NCBI GenBank assembly: GCA_965218425.1
Contig: OZ244621.1
Span: forward strand, 1,440,001-1,504,000
Reading direction: 5' to 3'
DNA length: 64,000 nt
Origin: an uncultured Candidatus Binatia bacterium
GTDB lineage: Bacteria > Desulfobacterota > Binatia > UBA9968 > CAXXLF01
In this document: positions 1 through 10,568 of the stretch, piece after piece
How the letters are laid out: each line of letters starts with the position of its first letter
Numbering within the stretch: the stretch's first letter is position 1
The notes under the pieces: generated by a model
Told to the model about the DNA's origin: nothing
Databases searched by the model: none
What the model saw: the letters and a program-made list of their open reading frames with translations, nothing else
Program-made: the position numbers and the translations under genes

Positions 1-1
1 A

Positions 2-1633
2 ACGGCGGCCGGGATCATGGGCAAAGCCTATCCCGAGCTTCAGACCGAACAGGTGCGGGTCCGCGCCACGATCCTGAGCGAGGAGGAACGATTCGCCGAG
101 ACTCTAGACAAGGGACTGGTTCATCTAGAGGGCGCCCTGAAAGAAATGCGCAGGCAAAAGAAAAAGGTCCTTTCCGGTGAGACGGCCTTTCGGCTCTATG
201 ATACCTTCGGGTTCCCCCTGGATCTCACGCAAGACATTCTCCGAAACGAAAAGGTAACCGTCGACCACGAGAGGTTTGAAAAACTCATGGAGGAACAGAA
301 GAACCGTGGCCGAGAGGCCAGGGAGACCCTCCAAAGCGGTATTAAAATCCGGTTGGACCAGGAAACCCGATTCGTGGGGTATGACCGACTCGACCTCGAA
401 TCATCCGTCATCGCCCTCTACGCCGAAGGGGAAAGCAAAAGAGAAGTGGGAGAGGGAACTCAAGTGGATCTCATCACCGCGGAGACCTCGTTTTATGGGG
501 AAGCGGGAGGACAGGTGGGAGACCGGGGCACCATGGAAACTTCCCGTGGTGACACTTTGGAAATTCTGGACACCCAACACCTGACACCCCAGGTCATCGT
601 GCACAGGGGACGGGTAACAAAGGGTCGAATCCAGGTGGGAGATAAGGTTCACCTGGTTGTGGACTCCAGACATCGGCAAAGAACCGGGCTCAACCATTCG
701 GCAACCCATATCCTCCACTCCGTGCTCCGTCAGGAGCTGGGCGATCATGTACGCCAGGCTGGGTCTTTAGTGGCTCCGGATCGTTTGCGATTTGATTTCA
801 ACCACACGGGTTCCATCTCCGCGGAAACTCTTCAGGCGGTGGAGGAAAAGGTCAACGAGAGAATCCGTTGGGATGCCGAGGTGAGGATTGAAGAGTCCAG
901 TTACGAAGAAGCCCTTAAAAACGGCGCCCTCGCCTTCTTCGGCGAGAAGTACGGCGACCGGGTCCGCGTGATCAGCATCGGAGATTTTTCCCGGGAGCTC
1001 TGTGGGGGAACCCATGTGTACCGGTCGGGCGAAATTGGCCTGTTCAAGCTCCAAAGCGAGGCGGGTGTGTCTGCAGGGGTGAGACGCGTTGAGGCCTTAA
1101 CCGGAGAGGGGGCCCTGGACTTGATCCACCGCTATGAGCAAGACCTGAAGGCCGTTGCGGAATTGATCCGCTCCAATGCCGATGAAACTGTGGAAAGGAT
1201 CAAGAAGCTGCTGGAACAGCAAAAGGCCATGGAGAAAGAGATCGCACGCCTCCAGGGACAACTGGGGAAGAACCAGATCCCTGACTTGCTGGCTAAAAGA
1301 AGGGATATCAACGGCACAAGCGTGCTCATCACCGAGGTGGAAAAGGTGGACGCCAAACAACTCAGGGAAATTGCCGACCAGCTGAGAGACAAGATGGGAT
1401 CGGGTCTGGTGATCCTTTTAAGCACCGGAGACAAGAACGTCCAGTTGGTTTCCTCGGTAAGCAAGGATTTAATCCAGCGCTACCATGCCGGAGAGATTAT
1501 TAAGCGGCTGGCCCCGGTGGTGGGGGGGGGCGGCGGGGGACGCGCGGACTTCGCCCAGGCCGGAGGGAAAGACCCCACGAAATTGGCTGACGCATTGAAA
1601 AAGGCGGATGAGATCGTCAGGCAACTCAAATAG
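2..1633 (+). CDS. alaS: Alanine--tRNA ligase (5' end lies before the window)
   Basis: LYDTFGFPLDLT, editing domain HSATHILH and ELCGGTHV, C-terminal GGGGGRADFAQAGG; frame is open from base 2. Confidence 0.98.
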   Translation, partial: TAAGIMGKAYPELQTEQVRVRATILSEEERFAETLDKGLVHLEGALKEMRRQKKKVLSGETAFRLYDTFGFPLDLTQDILRNEKVTVDHERFEKLMEEQKNRGREARETLQSGIKIRLDQETRFVGYDRLDLESSVIALYAEGESKREVGEGTQVDLITAETSFYGEAGGQVGDRGTMETSRGDTLEILDTQHLTPQVIVHRGRVTKGRIQVGDKVHLVVDSRHRQRTGLNHSATHILHSVLRQELGDHVRQAGSLVAPDRLRFDFNHTGSISAETLQAVEEKVNERIRWDAEVRIEESSYEEALKNGALAFFGEKYGDRVRVISIGDFSRELCGGTHVYRSGEIGLFKLQSEAGVSAGVRRVEALTGEGALDLIHRYEQDLKAVAELIRSNADETVERIKKLLEQQKAMEKEIARLQGQLGKNQIPDLLAKRRDINGTSVLITEVEKVDAKQLREIADQLRDKMGSGLVILLSTGDKNVQLVSSVSKDLIQRYHAGEIIKRLAPVVGGGGGGRADFAQAGGKDPTKLADALKKADEIVRQLK

Positions 1634-1648
1634 AAGGCCAACGTCGCA

Positions 1649-2070
1649 ATGAGGATTCACGCGGATCGGTTGAAGGAAGAGACCCAAGGGTTCTGTGACA
1701 TCATCAACATCACCGAGAAGGTGCAGGACCGGGTGGAAAGGGAGAGGTTCCAGCAGGGTCTGGTCTCACTATTCGTTTCCGGTTCCACCGCAGCTCTCAC
1801 CACCATGGAATACGAGCCGGGTCTCATTCAGGATCTGAAGGACTTTCTGGAAACGACAATTCCGTCCAACAGAAGATATCGCCACGACGACCGTTGGGGG
1901 GATGACAACGGCTTTTCACACCTCCGAGCTTCACTGTTGGGTCCTTCCCTGCAGATCCCCGTTGGGGCTGGAAAATTACAGCTCGGAACTTGGCGGCAAA
2001 TCGTGCTGTTGGATTTTGACAACCGGCCGCGACGGCGTGAAATCCTTATTCAGATGATGGGAGAGACCAC

Positions 2071-2074
<4 letters not shown>
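1649..2074 (+). CDS. yjbQ: YjbQ/UPF0047 family protein
   Basis: GSTAALTTMEYEPG, NGFSHLRASLLGPS and LGTWRQI motifs. Confidence 0.92.
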
Positions 2075-3102
<1,028 letters not shown>

Positions 3103-3149
3103 GCCGGCCTCCCTCTGCCCCGGCCCAATTGGAAAGATCTCTAATACTA

Positions 3150-3320
3150 TTAACCGCAGGTTCTCGCAGATGTACGCAGACGAAGATTCGGAAATCGCAC
3201 CGCACAGACGCAGAGTGCGCTGAGGAAATCCGTTTTGCCCAACCGGGAGACGACGATTGGGCAAGAAACTTTGAGCCCTAATTTTTGTTTGTCGCCGTCT
3301 CCCGACAAACAAAAAGCCAA
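3150..3320. repeat. Composite palindromic intergenic repeat, copy 1 (right-hand arms degraded)
   Basis: Colinear with 20938-21115; contains hairpins TTGCCCAA..TTGGGCAA and TTTTTGTTTGTCG..CGACAAACAAAAA. Confidence 0.85.
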
Positions 3321-3388
3321 TTCTCTACGGTGAAGTTCTTAACGAGATCTAATTCTGTCCGTGGCTGCGCTTCGCGCCTAGCGATCTT

Positions 3389-3838
3389 ATGAGCGTTGAT
3401 ATCGTAAACCTGAGCGAAGGGAGAAAAGTCTCCGCACGAAAGATCAAGGCCAAGGCCATTCGGATCCTTCAACTCCTGAAGAAAAATCAATCGGAGTTGA
3501 GTCTCGCGCTAGTAGGTAACGGAGAGATTCAGAGGTTAAATTCCCAATACCGCAACAAGAACGAGCCCACGGATGTGTTGTCTTTCTCCCTGGAAGGGGA
3601 CCTCTCAAAGGGGGAAAAGCTCCTCGGAGATGTGGTTATTTCAGTGGAGCAGGCGGAAAAGCAGGCCAAGGAGGGAATGAAAACTCTGGATATGGAGATT
3701 GAGATCCTGCTGATCCACGGTATCCTTCACCTTTTAGGATACGATCATGAAGTCTCCCCAAAAGAGGCCCGCCGAATGAAAGGGATGGAAACGAAGATCC
3801 AACGCGCACTTTGTGACCCGAGGAATTTGAGGATATAA
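3389..3838 (+). CDS. ybeY: rRNA maturation RNase YbeY
   Basis: YRNKNEPTDVLSF and HGILHLLGYDH motifs. Confidence 0.96.
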   Translation: MSVDIVNLSEGRKVSARKIKAKAIRILQLLKKNQSELSLALVGNGEIQRLNSQYRNKNEPTDVLSFSLEGDLSKGEKLLGDVVISVEQAEKQAKEGMKTLDMEIEILLIHGILHLLGYDHEVSPKEARRMKGMETKIQRALCDPRNLRI

Positions 3839-3877
3839 TAGTTAAAAGCCTGCGAACTCAGGGGATGGAGAAGACAA

Positions 3878-4979
3878 ATGCTAGACGACACCAAAGAGCA
3901 ATTAACCCAACTGGAAGAGAGACTGGATCTCCTCCGGAGGCGTCTTTGACCTCGATACGAAGGAGAAGCGACTACAGGAAATCAACCGGATAAGCTCCCG
4001 CTCCGATTTCTGGAACGATTCGGATAAGGCCCAGACCCTTCTTAAAGAACAAGCCGGCATCAAACAGACCCTGGAAGTTTGGCAAAGGAACAGGACCCAC
4101 CTCGACGAAGCCCAAATTTATCTTGAGCTGGCAGCCGTCGAAAACAGTGAAGAGGCCCTGGCAGAAGCGGCAGCCAAGGTAGCCCTTGTGGCCTCGGAAC
4201 TTCCTGAGATTGAGCTCAGCCGGATCCTGGGCGGTGTCGACGATCCGAGGAACGCCATTGTGAGCCTGCATCCGGGAGCTGGAGGCACTGAAGCTCAAGA
4301 CTGGGCTGAGATGTTGCTCCGGATGTATCTCCGTTGGGCCGACCGTGGAGGGTACAAGACGGAGATTTTGGAATATCAGCCCGGCGAGGAGGCGGGCACC
4401 AAGAGCGTGACCTTCACGGTGGAAGGGAACTATGCCTACGGCCACTTGAAGGCCGAGGCGGGTATCCACCGTCTGGTGCGGATCTCGCCCTTCGATGCCA
4501 ATTCCCGCCGCCACACTTCCTTTGCCTCGGTTTTCGTTTACCCAGAAGTGGATGAAACTATTAAAGTGGATATCAATGAGGCCGAGCTGCGCATTGACAC
4601 CTATCGGTCCAGCGGCGCTGGCGGACAACATGTTAACAAAACTGATTCGGCGGTTCGCATCACCCATCTCCCCACGAACATCGTGGTGGCTTGCCAAAAC
4701 GAGCGTTCCCAGCACAAGAACAAGGCAATGGCCCTAAAGATCCTTCGATCGCGTCTCTACGAACTGGAATCAGAAAAGCAAAAGGAAAAGATGGAGTCGT
4801 TTCATAAAACCAAAAAGGATATTGCCTGGGGAAGTCAAATCCGGTCCTATGTCCTCCATCCCTATCGAATGGTGAAAGATCACCGTACGAACGTCGAGGC
4901 GGGCAATGCGGATGGGGTCCTGGATGGCGACATCGACCGCTTCATCCAGGCCTATCTTCTTCAGGCAAGCGAGGACTGA
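3878..4979 (+). CDS. prfB: Peptide chain release factor 2 with +1 programmed frameshift
   Basis: ATG at 3878; CGGAGG-CGT-CTT-TGA-C at 3935-3950; the shifted frame joins the 4188..4979 ORF, which has SPF and GGQ motifs. Confidence 0.97.
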
Positions 4980-5075
4980 GGGCAAAGCGGACTCAGTACT
5001 GAGTCACGAGTGCCGAGGACTGAGTCTTGGACACCGCAATAACGAAAAGACAGCAGTCAGTGGGCAGCGAGGAAC
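4980..5075. repeat. Palindrome GACTCAGTACTGAGTC plus degenerate 7-mer tandem repeat
   Basis: Units AGTACTG-AGTCACG-AGTGCCG-AGGACTG-AGTCTTG; the same palindrome occurs at 19452-19467. Confidence 0.75.
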
Positions 5076-5109
5076 TCAAAATGGGAGGCATTCTCTAGGG
5101 AGAAAAACC

Positions 5110-6486
5110 GTGAACACTACTGTAGTACAGGCCAGGGGTCGGCCGCCGGAGCGAAGCTCCGGATTTGTCGCCATTGTGGGCCGGCCCAACGTGGGAAAGT
5201 CTACCCTATTCAACCGACTCACCGGGGGAAAGACCGCCATCGTAGATAACTTTCCGGGGGTCACCCGGGACCGAAACTATGGAGAAGCCAAGTGGCTTGG
5301 AAGAACCTTTTCCCTCATCGATACGGGTGGATTCGAACCGGACCCCACCGCAGGATTAAAAAAGCAGATTCAGGAGCAAAGCCGTCTAGCCATAGAGGAA
5401 GCCGACATTATCGTCTTCTTGTTTGACGGGAAAATGGGATTGAATCCATTGGATCGGGAGGCTGCGGGCCTGCTGAGACGGGTGAAGAAACCGGTCCTCT
5501 TCGCGGTTAACAAAATTGACACGAAATCGAAAGAAAACCTCCTATACGAATTCTACGCTTTGGGTTTGAGTGAGATCTTTCCGCTTTCAGCAGAGCATGG
5601 AATAGGAGTTTCCGAGCTGATGGATCGCATAATGTCAACGCTTTCCAAACCAGACGAAGAAAGCGTCAAGGAAGAAACGCCAGGGCCCCGCCTTGCCATT
5701 GTGGGTAGACCCAATGTAGGGAAATCCACATTGGTGAACCGTCTTCTTGGTTACGAGCGCTCCGTGGTGGATGCCCATCCTGGCACTACACGGGACGCTT
5801 TGGAGTGCTCCTTGACCTGGATGAAGGAACAGTACACGTTAGTGGATACCGCCGGAATCCGGCGCCGGGCCAGGATCGTGGATCGGGTCGAGCGCTATAG
5901 CGTGGTACGTTCCCTTCGGTCGGTGGATCGGGGAGATGTGATTATTCACCTTCTGGACGGACCGGAAGGGATCACCTCTCAGGACGCTCAGATCATGGCC
6001 TATACGCTCCAGCGCGGCAAGGGAAGCGTCTTGGCCGTAAACAAATGGGACCTGATTCCAAAGAATCCACCGAACAAACGAGATCTCACCAATCGGGACA
6101 ACTGGAAGCCCGACTTTTTAAATTTTGCGCCCGTTGTATTCATCTCGGCGTTGACTGGATACGGCCTATCAGAGTTAATGGAACGAGTACACCAGGTTTC
6201 ATTGGAACAGCAACAGTGGTTTCGAACTTCCACCTTGAACCAGACGCTACGGGAAACGGTCGGCAGGCATACCCCGCCTCAGTATCGAGGACGCGAGGTG
6301 AAATTTTACTACGGGACACAGACCGACATCTGTCCACCCACATTTACTCTTTTTGTCAACTACGTGAAAGGAGTCCCGACGAGCTATGAACGCTACCTCA
6401 TTCATCGGCTCCGTTCGAATTTGAAATTGGCAAACTCACCCATCCGGCTCCTATTACGAGCCCGAAGGGAAAGGAGAGACCCTTGA
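5110..6486 (+). CDS. der: Ribosome biogenesis GTPase Der (EngA)
   Basis: Two GRPNVGKST G-domains plus C-terminal KH-like domain; GTG start at 5110 is an estimate. Confidence 0.96.
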   Translation: MNTTVVQARGRPPERSSGFVAIVGRPNVGKSTLFNRLTGGKTAIVDNFPGVTRDRNYGEAKWLGRTFSLIDTGGFEPDPTAGLKKQIQEQSRLAIEEADIIVFLFDGKMGLNPLDREAAGLLRRVKKPVLFAVNKIDTKSKENLLYEFYALGLSEIFPLSAEHGIGVSELMDRIMSTLSKPDEESVKEETPGPRLAIVGRPNVGKSTLVNRLLGYERSVVDAHPGTTRDALECSLTWMKEQYTLVDTAGIRRRARIVDRVERYSVVRSLRSVDRGDVIIHLLDGPEGITSQDAQIMAYTLQRGKGSVLAVNKWDLIPKNPPNKRDLTNRDNWKPDFLNFAPVVFISALTGYGLSELMERVHQVSLEQQQWFRTSTLNQTLRETVGRHTPPQYRGREVKFYYGTQTDICPPTFTLFVNYVKGVPTSYERYLIHRLRSNLKLANSPIRLLLRARRERRDP

Positions 6487-6992
6487 AACAATCAAAGGGA
6501 AATGAATCTCTGGCGTTGTTCATTGCAGCGACGCAAGACGGGGTGGAGGAAGTCCGGCTCGGGAGCGGCGCTCGAAACACGGTGGTGCGCCAACGTTCAA
6601 AGAAGAGCCCTCCATCGGCCCGTCGTTGGAGGATGAAGGCCCAAAAGGAATTGCGGTCTTACCTGAGCGGGGGCACGAGGAATTTTTCCACTCCCTGCGA
6701 CTTACGGGGATTACCGGCATTCACCCATGCAGTCCTTAAGGCTGCAACTCGAATCCCCTACGGGGAAGTGAGAAGCTATGGATGGCTGGCCCAACGTTTG
6801 GGAAACCCCAAGGCTGCACGGGCCGTAGGGAACGCCCTGGCCAGAAATCCAATTCCCATTATCATTCCTTGCCATCGCGTAGTGAGGAGCAATGGAGCGC
6901 TTGGCGGCTATGCTCTCGGTACGGCATTGAAAAAAAGATTGTTGAAGTTGGAAGAAAGACACTCTCGGCTTCGAGGTAAGGTCCGAGGATGA
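6483..6992 (+). CDS. ogt: Methylated-DNA--protein-cysteine S-methyltransferase
   Basis: ARAVGNA and IPCHRV active-site motifs. Confidence 0.93.
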   Translation: MKQSKGNESLALFIAATQDGVEEVRLGSGARNTVVRQRSKKSPPSARRWRMKAQKELRSYLSGGTRNFSTPCDLRGLPAFTHAVLKAATRIPYGEVRSYGWLAQRLGNPKAARAVGNALARNPIPIIIPCHRVVRSNGALGGYALGTALKKRLLKLEERHSRLRGKVRG

Positions 6993-7143
6993 CAAAAAAA
7001 GTTAGTCTTTAGGGGGCGGTTGGATTTTCTCCTTTTGCAGCAACCCCGGTAAGCAGCTAGAATCATCTACCTGACAAACCATTAAGGATTGCGGTAGACT
7101 ACCATTTGCAGGTGAAGTCTAGGAGGGCTCTCCTACGCCATCG

Positions 7144-8250
7144 TTGGACGAAAAAGAATATCTCCCATGGCTTGCGCTCAGGCATGTTAAGGGGTTGGGC
7201 TCCGTAGCGTTCAAAACCATTGTCGAGCACCTGGGGGATCCCATCTTGGCATTTGGGAAATCGGATGCGGAACTGGCTCAAATCCCCGGCCTTGAGAGCC
7301 AGGCTATCCAGAGCCTGCGTGGTTTCTCCGAATGGGGACTGGCCAGGCTGGAGATGGAACGGGTCGCCGCGGCGGGGGCAAAGATTATTCCTTATAATGA
7401 CGGGAACTATCCTCGCCGGCTACGGACCATCGCCGATCCCCCTCCCCTCCTTTATATGTTGGGAGAGCTCGGAGAAAGTATCGAAAAGGCAGTGGCTGTG
7501 GTGGGATCCCGAAGCGCCAGCGAGTACGGATTGAAGATGACCCGAGATCTCTGTTATGGCTTATCTTCCTCAGGTTTTGCAGTGATAAGCGGAATGGCCC
7601 GAGGAATCGACGGTCAAGCCCATGAGGCCGCACTGCAAGCTGGCGGCATGACGGCGGCTGTCCTCGGATCCGGCGTGGATGTCGCTTATCCTCCGGAACA
7701 TAAGGAGCTTTATCAAAGGATTTGCAAACATGGAGCCGTATTTTCCGAACTCCCCATGGGAACTCGCCCGTTCCCCTTTAATTTCCCCTCCCGTAACCGT
7801 CTCATCAGCGGCCTGTCACTGGGGGTAGTGGTGGTGGAAGCGACGGAAAAAAGTGGCTCTTTGATCACCGCCGGCCTGGCCAACGAGCAGGGAAGAGAAG
7901 TCTTCGCAGTGCCTGGTCAGGCCGGAGCGAGCCGGAGCCGCGGGACACACCAATTAATACGGCAGGGGGCGAAGTTGGTCGAGCGTATCGAGGACATTTT
8001 GGAAGAGATCGCTCCGCAACTCCATTCACAAGGCCGGGCGGTCATAGAACCTCCTCGTCCATCGTTGCCTCCCAATGCCAGCCTTGAGGCGAAGAATGTG
8101 TTTGAACTCGTAAAGGATTCTCCGCGCCAGATTGACGAGATCATCCAAGCAAGCGGGCTGTCATCGGCCAAGGTTTCGGAGATTCTATTAGATTTAGAAA
8201 TAAAAGGGCTGTTAAAGCAGCTACCTGGGAAAAGATTCAGGTCCGTTTGA
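7144..8250 (+). CDS. dprA: DNA-processing protein DprA
   Basis: VGSR, SGMARGID, FPSRNRLISG and KSGSLITA motifs; directly upstream of topA. Confidence 0.96.
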   Translation: MDEKEYLPWLALRHVKGLGSVAFKTIVEHLGDPILAFGKSDAELAQIPGLESQAIQSLRGFSEWGLARLEMERVAAAGAKIIPYNDGNYPRRLRTIADPPPLLYMLGELGESIEKAVAVVGSRSASEYGLKMTRDLCYGLSSSGFAVISGMARGIDGQAHEAALQAGGMTAAVLGSGVDVAYPPEHKELYQRICKHGAVFSELPMGTRPFPFNFPSRNRLISGLSLGVVVVEATEKSGSLITAGLANEQGREVFAVPGQAGASRSRGTHQLIRQGAKLVERIEDILEEIAPQLHSQGRAVIEPPRPSLPPNASLEAKNVFELVKDSPRQIDEIIQASGLSSAKVSEILLDLEIKGLLKQLPGKRFRSV

Positions 8251-8294
8251 TTGGGATAGGTGGATTGTAATATCATCGAATGTGAGAACAAAAC

Positions 8295-10565
8295 ATGGCA
8301 GCAAAAAATCTAGTGATCGTTGAATCTCCGGCCAAGGCAAAAACTTTGGAAAAGTACCTGGGAAGAGACTTCCAGGTAAAGGCCTCCGTGGGCCATGTGG
8401 TGGATCTACCCAAGAGCAAATTAGGAGTCGATATCAAGGGTGGGTTCACACCTGACTTCTGCGTCATTCAGGGAAAGAAAAAAATAATCGACGATCTCAA
8501 GCGCACCTCCAAGGGTAAAGAAAACATTTATCTAGCATCCGATCCTGACCGTGAGGGTGAAGCCATTGCTTGGCATCTTGCGGAGCAGCTTGGAAAGAAT
8601 GGCAGCCAATTCCATCGCCTCTTAATAAACGAAATCACTCGTAAGGCAGTTCAAGAGGCCATCAACCACCCGCAGAAGCTAGACCGAAAGAAGTTTGAAG
8701 CTCAGGTGGCCCGGCGAATTCTGGACCGTCTGGTGGGTTATCAGATCAGCCCGATCCTGTGGAAAAAAGTCCGCAGGGGTCTCAGCGCAGGACGGGTGCA
8801 GTCGGTGGCTGTACGGTTGGTCTGTGAACGTGAAAAAGAAATTCGCGCTTTCACCCCTCTCGAATACTGGTCCCTTACAGCCCTTCTAAAGGGACATGAG
8901 GGGCCCGAGTTTGAAGCCAAGCTGGTTCAGTGGCGCGGCTACAAATTCGACAATAAGAAGGTAAGGATCGCGAGCGAAAGTCAGGTTCAAGACATTACCG
9001 GATCTTTATATGGCGCATCCTGGGTCATTGGGCAGGTGGAAAAGAAAGAGCGCCGTCGATTTCCAGCCCCACCGTTTGTGACCAGTAAGCTCCAACAAGA
9101 GGCGGCCCGAAAGCTAGGGTTCCAACCCCAGCGTACCATGCAAGCAGCCCAAAGATTATACGAAGGTATTGAATTGGGCAGCGAGGGATCCGTTGGGTTG
9201 ATCACTTACATGCGAACCGATTCCACTCGTGTCTCTCCAGATGCCATTCAAAATGTACGTGGCTTTATCAAGGGTCAATACGGAGACAGTTACTTGCCGG
9301 ATAAACCGGTCGCCTATAGATCCAAGAGAGGAAGCCAAGACGCACACGAAGCCATCCGACCCACTTCCATGGATTATCGCCCCGATCGTGTGCGGAGTTT
9401 TCTGCGTCGCGATCTCTTTTCGCTCTACTGTTTGATATGGGATCGATTTGTCGCGAGCCAGATGCGGCCTGCCGTCTATGACCAGACAGCCTTTGACATT
9501 CAGGTGAGCGAAGGGATTTTCCGTGCCACCGGCCAGCAGCTGAAATTCGACGGTTTCATGAAGCTTTACATCGAAGGGAAAGACGATGAGGATGAGGAAA
9601 AGGATTCCACCCTCCCGGACTTGCAGGTGGGAGAAAACCTGACCTTACTTTCCCTCGAGCCACGTCAACACTTTACTCAACCCCCCCCCCGCTTCTCTCA
9701 GGCTTCCCTGATCAAGGAGTTGGACGAGAAAGGAATTGGAAGACCCTCCACCTATGCCGTCATCGTTTCCAACATCCTTACCAGAGAATACGTCGCCCAG
9801 GATGAGCGGAGAACCCTCGTACCCACAGAGTTAGGGATGCTCATCACCGATCTTTTGGTGGATTGCTTTCCCGATATTCTAAACGTTGAGTTCACCGCAG
9901 GGATGGAAAATAATTTAGACAAAATCGAGGCAGGTAGCGAGGACTGGACCAAGGTCATGAAACGCTTCTACACCTCTTTCTCCCGTGACCTCAAAATGGC
10001 TGAGGCCGAAATGAGAGATGTGAAGCGAGAAGAGGTCCCCACGGATATCGCCTGCGAGAAGTGTGGGGCCATGATGGTTGTGAAATGGGGGCGAAACGGC
10101 GAGTTCCTTGCCTGCCCAAAGTATCCTGACTGTAAAAACACCAAGAACTTTACCCGCGACGAAGAGGGTAAGATCACGGTTGAGGACGGCGAAACCGGAG
10201 AAATCTGTGAGAAGTGTGGACGGCCCCTGGAAATCCGCTGGGGGAAATACGGTCGGTTTTTGGGATGCGGCGGCTATCCAGAATGCAAAAACATGCGCCC
10301 GTTGACGAAACCTGTGGAGCTTGGGATTAGCTGTCCGTCCTGTGGAGAAGGCAATCTCCACGAGAAAAAATCCCGGCGCGGCAAGATCTTTTTTGCCTGC
10401 GATCGCTATCCTGATTGTCGCTTTGCCAGCTGGGACCGCCCCGTGGGAGAGCCCTGTCCTAAATGCAGCACCCCCATCCTTCTGGAGAAGGTCACCAAGA
10501 AAGCAGGTAGGGTTCGCCGGTGTCATAAAGAAGACTGCGACTATACGATTCAGATGACAGAGTAA
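8295..10565 (+). CDS. topA: DNA topoisomerase I
   Basis: VESPAKAKT, DPDREGE, SAGRVQS, ITYMRTDS and C-terminal zinc ribbons. Confidence 0.98.
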   Translation: MAAKNLVIVESPAKAKTLEKYLGRDFQVKASVGHVVDLPKSKLGVDIKGGFTPDFCVIQGKKKIIDDLKRTSKGKENIYLASDPDREGEAIAWHLAEQLGKNGSQFHRLLINEITRKAVQEAINHPQKLDRKKFEAQVARRILDRLVGYQISPILWKKVRRGLSAGRVQSVAVRLVCEREKEIRAFTPLEYWSLTALLKGHEGPEFEAKLVQWRGYKFDNKKVRIASESQVQDITGSLYGASWVIGQVEKKERRRFPAPPFVTSKLQQEAARKLGFQPQRTMQAAQRLYEGIELGSEGSVGLITYMRTDSTRVSPDAIQNVRGFIKGQYGDSYLPDKPVAYRSKRGSQDAHEAIRPTSMDYRPDRVRSFLRRDLFSLYCLIWDRFVASQMRPAVYDQTAFDIQVSEGIFRATGQQLKFDGFMKLYIEGKDDEDEEKDSTLPDLQVGENLTLLSLEPRQHFTQPPPRFSQASLIKELDEKGIGRPSTYAVIVSNILTREYVAQDERRTLVPTELGMLITDLLVDCFPDILNVEFTAGMENNLDKIEAGSEDWTKVMKRFYTSFSRDLKMAEAEMRDVKREEVPTDIACEKCGAMMVVKWGRNGEFLACPKYPDCKNTKNFTRDEEGKITVEDGETGEICEKCGRPLEIRWGKYGRFLGCGGYPECKNMRPLTKPVELGISCPSCGEGNLHEKKSRRGKIFFACDRYPDCRFASWDRPVGEPCPKCSTPILLEKVTKKAGRVRRCHKEDCDYTIQMTE

Positions 10566-10568
10566 GGT

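Noticed and set aside
4906..5109. Long N-terminal extension of Der in the ORF track
   Set aside because: It overlaps the prfB 3' end and the repeat tract, so it is an open-frame artefact.
9681..9690. C10 run in topA as a phase-variation site
   Set aside because: It is in frame and encodes the conserved QPPPR motif of an essential gene.
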